Of a DNA stretch of 64,000 nt, positions 20,501 through 29,579 are shown piece after piece. The translations under genes and the position numbers were made by a program. The notes under the pieces are model-generated. The model did not search any database, had not been told where the DNA came from, and saw only the letters and a list, made by a program, of their open reading frames with translations. Within the stretch, counting starts at the first letter, position 1; each line of letters opens with the position of its first letter. Origin of the DNA: a virus; the IMG/VR virus record IMGVR_UViG_3300049043_000188, positions 1 through 64,000 of that record. One strand, given 5' to 3'.

Positions 20501-20560
20501 TGTGCCACTTGTTCTGGTGGCACATTATCACTTCCAAACCACCCGCCGCCGTGCTATGAT
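20501..20560 (+). promoter_or_regulatory. palindrome-type promoter
   Basis: TGTGCCAC-N8-GTGGCACA, 30 nt, TATGAT. Confidence 0.85.
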
Positions 20561-20585
20561 TACGAAGTAATCAGTCAAAGGCACA

Positions 20586-21260
20586 ATGGACCGTCAGCAA
20601 GTTATTGCTAAAATCCAATCCATTCTCAAATTGCAGAATGGCACTGACTTTGAGGGTGAAGCATCTGCTGCTGCTGCGATGATTGATAAACTGTGCAAAC
20701 AGTATGGAATCACCGTCGATGAAGCAACTGAAACTCAAGTTCTTGATGAGTCGTTTGTTTCTTTCAAACGCACAAATGTTGCTCTGGCAACTCTTGCCAA
20801 TGCGATTGCTAATTTCTATGATGCAAAAGCATATATGAAGAACGGAGATACTAAATCTCTGCAAATCATTGGTAGTGAAGCACAACAGATTCAAGTGCGT
20901 CTGTATTTCGATTATCTGGTTCAGGTAATGGAAAAAGAAGCAGAAGTTGCACATCAAGCAGAGAAAGTTCTTGCTTCTGTGAATGGTTCGAGTGTGTCTC
21001 GCAGTTTCAAACTTAATTTCCGCAAGGCATTTGCTGATAAAGTTCAGCAACGCCTGAAAGAAATGAAAGAAGCAGAAAATCGGATTCACGATGATGCAAA
21101 TGCTGTGAAGAGCAAACTCTCCACGATGCGATTTGGACGTGCAAAACGTATGAATGGTGCAACTGGTTCTGGTGCATTTGTTGGTGGACAAGTTGGTGCT
21201 GGTGTTTCTTTGAACCGTCAAGCATCTGGTTCTCAACAACGTGCTCTGTGTGGGGTGTAG
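20586..21260 (+). CDS. DUF2786-domain protein
   Basis: N-terminal VIAKIQSILKL....FEGEASAAAAMIDKLCKQYGI. Confidence 0.7.
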   Translation: MDRQQVIAKIQSILKLQNGTDFEGEASAAAAMIDKLCKQYGITVDEATETQVLDESFVSFKRTNVALATLANAIANFYDAKAYMKNGDTKSLQIIGSEAQQIQVRLYFDYLVQVMEKEAEVAHQAEKVLASVNGSSVSRSFKLNFRKAFADKVQQRLKEMKEAENRIHDDANAVKSKLSTMRFGRAKRMNGATGSGAFVGGQVGAGVSLNRQASGSQQRALCGV

Positions 21261-21277
21261 TTTCTACACCCTTTTTT
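21253..21277 (+). terminator. intrinsic terminator
   Basis: GGGTGTAG-TTT-CTACACCC-T6. Confidence 0.8.
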
Positions 21278-21466
21278 CTTTTATCTCTTATCTCCAATGA
21301 TTGACATTTCTATTACAACTCAAGAGTTAAATACTCTTCTTCAAGCATTATATCTTCTTGAAGAACAAGACTGGTATAAAACTACAGAAATTACAGAACC
21401 ACTGATTGCTAAACTTAACGATTTGATTCCAGAGTAATCTTATCTTACGTTGAGTCTCTTATGAGA

Positions 21467-21525
21467 TGTGCCACTTGTAGCACTGTCCCTATAATCCCCC
21501 AAAGCGCCCCTGGGCGTGCTATGAT
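21467..21525 (+). promoter_or_regulatory. palindrome-type promoter
   Basis: TGTGCCAC-N8-CTGTCCCT, 29 nt, TATGAT. Confidence 0.75.
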
Positions 21526-22457
21526 TACGAAGTAATCAAGAGAAAAGCGATGTCTAACACGTTTATTCCTAACTTCACTTATGATGAGGAAACTGAGTTG
21601 CTTTCTGCTGTTGCCTATGGTGTTGCATTTGCAAAGCAACTTGCTGATGAGAGTGTAGAGAATAAAAGTTATTGGTTGCAACGTACAAAAACGTTTGATA
21701 AAATTGCTGATAAACTGAGCATTGAAGTTCGCAATTTCTATTACAACAAATGAACTATTTGTGTCGTGTTGAATGGTCTTATTGAGTTTGCATGAGCACT
21801 TCTGAAAGTAATTTTTTTCACTATCAGTTGATGTATGCAGAAGAACATAAAAATGCTGATGTAGAGTATCTTACTCTCACTGATGAAGAGTATGATGAAA
21901 TGTTCCCTTATGAGGAAGAAGAATGACTGACCCAAATCAACTCAATCTTTACAAAACATACGATCATCTGAATCAAACTTGCAAAAAGTGTGGTGACGGT
22001 TACTATAAAGAAACGAGCATTTATGATGATTGGGAGGGAGTTCTTCACTGCTCCAAATGTGATCATGAAGTGAAACGACACGCAAAAGTTTGGAACACAA
22101 CAAATGACTGAAACCTTCACTGTTCGATTCTGGTCTGAAGAACTTGATTCACCAGAATACATTGGACCTTTTTATAGTGAAAAGGATGCCGATGATTATT
22201 GTGATTATCACAATGTTGGATTATCACTTGCTGGTATTCCATCTTGGGTTGCTAATTATTCCGTTGTTTAGATTCAAATGAAACCAAAGTTCCGTGTGAT
22301 TTTAGAACAAGCAATCGAAGAAGGTGTGCGTCGTGGATATTCACGAGCACATAAACACATTGAGAATCCTTCTGAAAATACCATCATTGAGTCTATTGAA
22401 GAAGCAGTGATGTCTTCTATCTACGAATACTTCACTTTTGATGAGAATGAATTGTGA

Positions 22458-22517
22458 TGTGCCAGTAATCCTTCTGGCACATTACACCCTCCAAACCACC
22501 TCTGCCCGTGCTATGAT
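22458..22517 (+). promoter_or_regulatory. palindrome-type promoter
   Basis: TGTGCCAG-N8-CTGGCACA, 30 nt, TATGAT. Confidence 0.85.
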
Positions 22518-22539
22518 GAACGAAGTTCAAAGTCAAGAA

Positions 22540-22947
22540 ATGACCACTGTTTCCGCTCCTGTTGTTCTCTCTGAAAAAGTTCAAGCAAAGTTTGATGAAC
22601 TGAAAGAAGAAAACTTCTACGATGAAGATATGTATGAGTTCATCAATGAGTATGGTCAAGATAACTTCTTCGACCGTTATGAAGATTATGTTGCTGTTGG
22701 TGAAGAGTATGACTATGATGGAGTCGATGCTTTCATCGAAGAGTTTGGTATTCAATCTCTCACCTATGACGCATTTGTTGACGCTTATCGCGGTCAATAT
22801 GATTCCAAAGCAGATTATGCTTTTGATTATGTGAATGATGTGTATGGTGTAGATCTTCCTGGTTTTGTGGAAGTTGATTGGGAAGCAACGTTTGATAATA
22901 TGGATGAAGTGTTTGTCAATGGTTATGTCTTCAATTCGCAATTCTGA
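22540..22947 (+). CDS. ArdA-like antirestriction (DNA mimic) protein
   Basis: Very acidic; AYRGQYDSKADYA...LPGFVEVDWEATF...NGYVF resembles the ArdA C-terminal domain. Confidence 0.65.
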   Translation: MTTVSAPVVLSEKVQAKFDELKEENFYDEDMYEFINEYGQDNFFDRYEDYVAVGEEYDYDGVDAFIEEFGIQSLTYDAFVDAYRGQYDSKADYAFDYVNDVYGVDLPGFVEVDWEATFDNMDEVFVNGYVFNSQF

Positions 22948-22950
22948 ACG

Positions 22951-23199
22951 ATGAAACTTCAATCTCAAGATGGTAGTATGGTGGTAGATTTCTACCCCAT
23001 CAAAACACCTTTTGGTGATGTATCAAAAGAGTGGTATTTGAAGACTTTAACTTTTATGGGTCAATCACAATCCAAAAAGTTTCTCAATCGAATTGAGATG
23101 AATCTTGAGATTCAAGAGTATCTGAATCATACGATTCCTTATGAGGTTGTAGATTTCAACACAATTCCTCAACTTGCTAATCCATTTGCTGAAGTATGA
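22951..23199 (+). CDS. hypothetical protein
   Basis: 82-aa ORF. Confidence 0.65.
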   Translation: MKLQSQDGSMVVDFYPIKTPFGDVSKEWYLKTLTFMGQSQSKKFLNRIEMNLEIQEYLNHTIPYEVVDFNTIPQLANPFAEV

Positions 23200-23619
23200 C
23201 AATGCAATTTCAAATCACTGATATTGAGTTTGACTTCAGTTCTGATGATCCTAATTGGGGTGATGTAGACGCTGATTATCAAAAAGAAATCACCGAAGAA
23301 ACTATCGGTCAAATCTGGGAAGCAGATTGATGAAGAAGATTTAGTGGAAGAAATTACCTGTGCAACAGGTTGGTGCATCAAATCCATTGACTATCGACAC
23401 GTTCTAAAATGACTCAAATTAACCGCGAACGAACTTCAAGAATCATACATTCAATCCCTGATTGATGGTATGGATTACAAAACAATGGAACGATTTGTTT
23501 ATGACACTCTAACTGAGAATCTCACTGACTATACTGATGAAGAATTGATTACTGAAGTGAGTGAGTATTATCCCTGAATTGATTGAAGGTGAAAATGCAA
23601 CCTGAGTCCAGTGTTGAGA

Positions 23620-23678
23620 TGTGCCACTTATTCTAGTGGCACACATAAATGAGCACAGACCTCAAAATGTGGTATTCT
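23620..23678 (+). promoter_or_regulatory. palindrome-type promoter
   Basis: TGTGCCAC-N8-GTGGCACA, 29 nt, TATTCT preceded by TGG. Confidence 0.8.
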
Positions 23679-24222
23679 TAAAGAGTGGAGGGAGCAGGGG
23701 CGCCGTGCCATCGCTACCTGCAATCCAGTCTTAGTTCTTTCTTCTTTTCAATACAAATGGTGCAAACTGAAATCAACGGTGCAATTTCTCAAGCATTTGC
23801 GATTCTTTCCAATCTGAATGAGCAGGTTTATGATTACTGGGTTTCTGAACTTTACACTGTTGATGGTGCAATGATTGATGAAATGTGGAATGAACAAACT
23901 CTTTCTGAAATGGAAAAAGATGTGATGTATAACTCTTAGTTTTCTTTCTCTCTTTCTTTCAAATAATGAAACTCACTGATAAAGAACAACTTCTTTTTAA
24001 TTCCATTCAAGAGGGAATGGATCAACCTAATTGTGGATGGTTGCATGAACTTGATCCATTTAATCATTCAAGAGTTTGTGCTGGTGTTCTTTCTTCTCTT
24101 GTGAAAAAGAATCTTGTGAAATCTATTCAAGATTCAGAGAATAAAAAATGTTATTGGGTTGAACTCATTTGAGACTCACATACCCATCAGAAATGCTGAT
24201 AGGTAGAAGAACCGTAAACCCC

Positions 24223-24251
24223 TTGACAAACACCGCCAGACGTGCTATGAT
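24223..24251 (+). promoter_or_regulatory. sigma70-type promoter
   Basis: TTGACA-N17-TATGAT with TG extension. Confidence 0.85.
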
Positions 24252-25301
24252 GAATGGAGTTCAGAGTTAAGGAATGAGCACCTGTCAGCGAATGGAAAGG
24301 CAATTCTTTCTTTCTTTGATTGAACTTATCAATGAAGTTCAAGGCAAACAAAAACTTCCTTCACAAGTTGGAAATCGTAAGTCTGCTTGGTGTAAAACAA
24401 TTAAATCGCAAAGAATTAAAAAAGACGCACTTTCTCAAGTTTAATTTCTCTTCATTTCTTAACTCAACGCACAATGAACGAACTTCAATCATTCTGGAAT
24501 ACTCTCACTCCAGAACAACAAGAACAAATTAAACAATCAACTACTCAAGATTGGATTGATGCGATTGTTCAATGTTCAAAGATCCTGATTTCTGGAAACG
24601 AATGGTTATTGCCTTCTTTGAAGGTATAGAAGAGGATTGGAAAATCAATAAGTTCAAAGAACAATCACCTTCTTAAACTTTTACACAAAATGACTATTCG
24701 CTTCACTTATGATATTCATACACAACAACCTGTGTATGCAATTACTACTTCACAAGGTGAAACAAAGTATCTGACAACTTCAATTACTGAAGCAATTAAA
24801 CTCTCACAACTCAATGACTGAATCTACACTTGATCTTTTTACAGAACATCCTGATACGCAAGATATTGAGGATCTTGCAGCAGAATTAGAAATTACTGTT
24901 GATTATTACATTATGGAGTTTATTGTCAATGAAGGTTAAACTGTCTGATTTGATTTTGGATTTTGATGTGTATGATGATGTACCACGAATGTCATATACA
25001 AAACAACAAGAAGTTTATGATTATCTTTTTGAGAAAGTATTTGAATTGAGTGCAACAGAAGAAACTGAATGGGAAGATGTGAAAGAAGAGTTGAAAGATG
25101 AAATTGAGGAAATAACTGATTTTTGGGTCAAAATGATTGATTATGATGTTGTAAATGATTAAAAATCAATTAAAAATGTATTATTTAATATAAACGTACT
25201 GTTTCATTCATTCTCAATAAGTGTTGTTATTGATACTCAATAAGCATAGATGTTGAGAATAGTGAGACTTTAGAGTTGATTAAATGCTTGTTATAGTTAA
25301 T

Positions 25302-25400
25302 TAAATGTGAGATCTTATAGTCAATTAAATGCTTAATAAATGCCTTCAAGTCTTGTTTATATCTTTGTAAATGCTTAATAAATGTGAGATCTTATAGTCA
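25302..25400. repeat. interleaved direct repeats
   Basis: TAAATGTGAGATCTTATAGTCA at 25302-25323 and 25379-25400; TAAATGCTTAATAAATG at 25326-25342 and 25368-25384. Confidence 0.9.
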
Positions 25401-25410
25401 TCTTGCCCGC

Positions 25411-25439
25411 AGTCTATCACACTTCCGCCGAAATGTCAA
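25411..25439 (-). promoter_or_regulatory. minus-strand sigma70-type promoter
   Basis: Reverse complement reads TTGACA-N17-TAGACT with TG extension. Confidence 0.7.
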
Positions 25440-25612
25440 GAGACCCGGAGCACATAAAAAACTGGCACAAGGTCTTACAAATACACAGCGCCTTGATATA
25501 AACTACCAGACCCCTCTAGAATCGCCTACAATGCCCCTGTAAGTTGCTTCGTGATTAAATATGCTTCGTAGCATAATTTCTATCAAACAGCACTCATTTA
25601 TAGCATCACTCA

Positions 25613-25716
25613 AAAGTTCATTCGTGATTAGATAAGTTTCGTATCAAATCTCATTCACAGACAGAGAAGACAGATAAGATATGCAAAGTTCATTCGTGAT
25701 TAGATAAGTTTCGTAT
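25613..25716. repeat. 32-bp exact direct repeat
   Basis: AAAGTTCATTCGTGATTAGATAAGTTTCGTAT at 25613-25644 and 25685-25716. Confidence 0.95.
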
Positions 25717-25999
25717 TAGAGATTTAATATCAGCAAATAAAAACAAATCTTTAAGTCTTAAATCTTCGTGTATAAATAAAACAACCTATTCGTTTATGAG
25801 TTGATTGAATTCTCCTACGGGATCAAGAATCAATCAGTCAAAAACGTAATAGCATTTTATTCGTTATAAAAGAGGGAGTTTGGATGCGGTCTCCGTCGCA
25901 ATAAAATCGTTAGGGTCACACCTAGAAACAGCAAAGTGATACAACTTAAACATTCGTCTTAAAAATCGTTGAGTTTTAAGACTGCTTTATAGCGTCTGG

Positions 26000-26028
26000 T
26001 TGACATCGGTAATACGTTCAAGTAGAAT
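26000..26028 (+). promoter_or_regulatory. sigma70-type promoter
   Basis: TTGACA-N17-TAGAAT. Confidence 0.8.
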
Positions 26029-26054
26029 AGTGTGTAGTTCTTTCTCTACGTCTT

Positions 26055-26222
26055 ATGAGCAATTCGTATCTATCAGTACAAAAGCAAAAGTATCGTGTCA
26101 CATTGGAACTTGATGTGATGAATGATTTTAATCCACATCAAATAGATTGGAACAAATTATTCAAACTTGAACCATCAGAATCCGTTGAGAGTTATGTAGA
26201 AGATCTCAATGTGTGCTGGTAA
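26055..26222 (+). CDS. small hypothetical protein (55 aa)
   Basis: MSNSYLSVQKQKYRVTLELDVMNDFNPHQIDWNKLFKLEPSE, directly after the promoter. Confidence 0.7.
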   Translation: MSNSYLSVQKQKYRVTLELDVMNDFNPHQIDWNKLFKLEPSESVESYVEDLNVCW

Positions 26223-27000
26223 ATAAGAATTAAGCACTCGTTTATTACACAAGTAGTCAAACTATTCGTATAAGTTTATAGTTTGACTGCTGATTTATAT
26301 TTTTCTGCTGCCAGTAGATAAGAATTAGCGGCAGCATTGACAGATAGTGTCATCAATCTCCGTGTATAAGTATAAAACAGCAGCGTTCTTATTACTTATA
26401 GGGGGCGAATGTTTGAGTGTTGATATAAAGAATGAACGAATAAATTACTTATTCGTGTAGCAGTTGTTTATTCGTGATAGCAGTTATTTGTATTTGTTGT
26501 TGATTGTTTATATCGGGCGTTGCGATATATTAATTTCTTTGGGTCCCTGTAACCTACACTGTATGTCTTTTTCGAGCTCTATATATCATTCTCATAAAAA
26601 ATTTTCCGGAAGTATGAAACCCTCTGTAACCTCCCGCAGATATTCTTATCGGCGCCCATATTGGAATTTTTGGAAAGTTGTATTAGCAGGATGGATGGTA
26701 AGATATCCACGCCCATTTTTTATTTTTGTAGGAATTTGTATTGCAATCCTATATAATGCGGTAACAAAATAAAAGTTACTAAAAAAATTTTCGCCCAAAA
26801 ATTAACCGCACTATGGAAAAAATATATCACATTTACGCAAAAAATAAATGTTTGTTTCATTCAATCAAAGAAGATGAATTTCAAACAACTTGGAATACTA
26901 TAAACAATATGGTTGGTATTATGAAAACTGATTATGTTATTGAAGATCTTTCATATGAGGAATTGCTTATTAATAAAGAAGTTACGCTCAATTCCTCACA

Positions 27001-27029
27001 TTGACAAAACATATATAAACTGATAAAAT
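27001..27029 (+). promoter_or_regulatory. sigma70-type promoter
   Basis: TTGACA-N17-TAAAAT with TG extension. Confidence 0.8.
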
Positions 27030-27053
27030 TGAACTGAAGGTTGATTAAACTTT

Positions 27054-27818
27054 ATGGCAAAAGGATTTACTGTAAAAGCATCTACACCAAAACCTAAAGA
27101 GGAATGGGATATTGATGCAATTAAAACAAGAATGCGTGGAAAGAGTATTGTATTCTGTCTTCCTGGTCGAGGATGCTCTTTTATTTTTTTGAAGAACTTT
27201 GTACAACTGTGCTTTGATATGGTACAGAATGGAATGAGTATTCAAATCTCTCAAGATTATAGTTCGATGGTTAACTTTGCACGTTGCAAATGTCTTGGTG
27301 CAAATGTACTTCGTGGACCAAAACAAATTCCTTGGGATGGAAAACTACAGTATGATTATCAACTTTGGATTGATAGTGATATTGTTTTTGATTCAAACAA
27401 GTTCTGGCAACTTTGTGATCTTTCTCTTTCAGAAGATGGCACAGAACGTGAAATCACTGCTGGGTGGTATGCAACTGAAGATGGACACACCACTTCTGTC
27501 GCACACTGGTTAGAAGAAGATGATTTCCGTAAAAATGGTGGAGTGATGAATCATGAAACTGTTGAGTCTATTTCAAAGCGTAGAAAACCTTTCACTGTTG
27601 ATTACACTGGATTTGGTTGGGTACTCATTAAAAAAGGTGTTTTTGAGAATCTGGAATATCCTTGGTTTGCTCCTAAAATGCAGGTCTTTGAGTCTGGCAA
27701 TGTTCAAGACATGTGTGGCGAAGATGTTTCATTCTGTCTCGATGCAAAGGATGCTGGATTCGAAATTTGGTGTGATCCACGCATTCGTGTCGGTCATGAA
27801 AAGACTCGCATTATCTAA
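27054..27818 (+). CDS. GT-A-fold glycosyltransferase-like protein
   Basis: LWIDSDIVF (DxD), TGFGWVLIKKGVFE, GEDVSFC, VGHEK. Confidence 0.75.
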   Translation: MAKGFTVKASTPKPKEEWDIDAIKTRMRGKSIVFCLPGRGCSFIFLKNFVQLCFDMVQNGMSIQISQDYSSMVNFARCKCLGANVLRGPKQIPWDGKLQYDYQLWIDSDIVFDSNKFWQLCDLSLSEDGTEREITAGWYATEDGHTTSVAHWLEEDDFRKNGGVMNHETVESISKRRKPFTVDYTGFGWVLIKKGVFENLEYPWFAPKMQVFESGNVQDMCGEDVSFCLDAKDAGFEIWCDPRIRVGHEKTRII

Positions 27819-28112
27819 TGAATTATAATATTCTTTATAAAGGGCGTAAAATTTATCAAAATCTCAGTGCAGAAGAATGTACTGAGATTCTTCAAGACTT
27901 TTCAGAAAAGTTTTATGAAGGAAAAGAAATCAATCCAGAACTTATTGAATTAGAGGAAATTGAATGACAAATCGTAAAAGTCTGAGTGGCTCAGTACAAA
28001 TTGAATCACATCCAAAAAATACTCGACAGGGACTTGGAAAGAATACAAAGTATTCTGCAACCAGCAGAAACAAACCAAAGAAACCTTATCGAGGACAAGG
28101 TAAATAATCTTC

Positions 28113-28142
28113 AAAGCACTTAGAGTTTTTCTGAGTGCTTTT
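28113..28142 (+). terminator. intrinsic terminator
   Basis: AAGCACTTAG/CTGAGTGCTT stem followed by a T-rich tract. Confidence 0.6.
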
Positions 28143-28220
28143 CTAGTTTTTTATAACTACTTATAACCAAAAGCGCCGTCGTTTCTCGTCTTGAAGGAAA
28201 CCAAAACCAACAACAATTAA

Positions 28221-28916
28221 ATGTCTTACTTAAATCACAATCTTCCAACTTTTACTTGCTATATTCGCAACGAATTTCTTTATAATCATAAAAAAGGTCA
28301 TGGAGAGATGTCTTTATGTGATATACACTCTGTAGCATCCTTAGAGAAGCACGTACCCCTCTTTGAAGCATTTTTAGAGAATGGAGTAAACTGGACAAGA
28401 AGACCTATTCATGCATTTTGTTGGAAACTCGACGCATCAACTCCAAAGTTAGAGGAGTGTATGTGGTGGGATTGTTTTTCCCCATATATCGATGTTCAAG
28501 TGAGGTCAAGATTGGCAGGACTACGGGCAGAACTTATCAACTATCGCGGAGAAAAGAATGAAGGAACCTATATGTTTACTCTTGATTGGTCTTGGGAGTC
28601 AAAATCTACGTTAAATACCAATTTTAGTGAGACACCAGAGCATAAATGTGCTCATTTTTTCAAAATGGACAATGGAAACTTCTATGCATATCCAAATAAT
28701 AAAATTTTATGGTATGATGATGCATGGATTCGTAATCGAATTACTCAAAATCCAGGATATGAAATTGATTTGACCGAATATTCTGTCGAAAATCGTCGTA
28801 AAATAGAGACCTCTGATGATTTTATGTACGAAATCAAAAAAATTCGGGATAGCAACCCCGTAAAAAGTTCTGATTTAACAAATCAGGAGCAAAACAATGA
28901 CCAAACAAGTCGATAA
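28221..28916 (+). CDS. conserved T4-like phage hypothetical protein
   Basis: MSYLNHNLP...YMFTLDW...EHKCAH...GNFYAYPNN. Confidence 0.8.
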   Translation: MSYLNHNLPTFTCYIRNEFLYNHKKGHGEMSLCDIHSVASLEKHVPLFEAFLENGVNWTRRPIHAFCWKLDASTPKLEECMWWDCFSPYIDVQVRSRLAGLRAELINYRGEKNEGTYMFTLDWSWESKSTLNTNFSETPEHKCAHFFKMDNGNFYAYPNNKILWYDDAWIRNRITQNPGYEIDLTEYSVENRRKIETSDDFMYEIKKIRDSNPVKSSDLTNQEQNNDQTSR

Positions 28917-29151
28917 AGACAAAAAATTTATGAAAAATGAGTGGGGAACTGAATTTTTGTCTTCAGAATATGGTTGGGAGAAAAAAATCCAAAAACAAAA
29001 AATGCTTCGTGAAATTTCAAATGACGATTTAACACCCAAAAAACACGACTTTCACGTTCAAAATGAAATTCACGAAAAAATTCGTAATGATGATGATTAT
29101 GATGATTGGGAGTATGGAACTGAACCACTTTATGAATCTAAAAATCCTTAA
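28897..29151 (+). CDS. hypothetical protein
   Basis: AGGAG RBS; 84 aa. Confidence 0.7.
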   Translation: MTKQVDKDKKFMKNEWGTEFLSSEYGWEKKIQKQKMLREISNDDLTPKKHDFHVQNEIHEKIRNDDDYDDWEYGTEPLYESKNP

Positions 29152-29177
29152 TAAATAAGATAGAATTATAATAATCA

Positions 29178-29579
29178 ATGCCTTTAGAAAGGGTTAGTCA
29201 AGGATTTAAAGATATTAGCATGACATTTCAGATTAATCCTCTGAATAGCGACTTGATTGCCCTTAAAAATGAGTCTGCTATCTCTCGTTCACTTCGGAAC
29301 ATTGTATTTACTGTTCCTGGAGAAAAGTTTTTTAATGAAAATTTTGGTTCAAACATCTCCAGAACACTTTTTGAAAACGTTGATGATATATCCGCATCAG
29401 TAATTGTTGATGAAATCAGGCAATCAATTCAAAATTATGAATCAAGAGTTCAATTGATTGATGTTCAGGCATATCCAGATTATGACAACAATTCTTTTGA
29501 TGTAACTATAGTTTATAATATTGTTGGAGCAGATGTTCCCGCACAACAACTACAATTTGTATTGCAACCAATAAGGTAA
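29178..29579 (+). CDS. gp25: baseplate wedge subunit gp25
   Basis: SLRNIVFTVPGEKFFNENFGS...IQNYESRV; late promoter AATAAATA 29150-29157. Confidence 0.92.
   Translation: MPLERVSQGFKDISMTFQINPLNSDLIALKNESAISRSLRNIVFTVPGEKFFNENFGSNISRTLFENVDDISASVIVDEIRQSIQNYESRVQLIDVQAYPDYDNNSFDVTIVYNIVGADVPAQQLQFVLQPIR

Noticed and set aside
4270-23678. Palindromic repeats as a CRISPR array or integron attC sites
   Set aside because: Spacing is 0.5-3.5 kb and irregular, the intervals are genes, each repeat is tied to a -10 box, and no cas or integrase gene is visible
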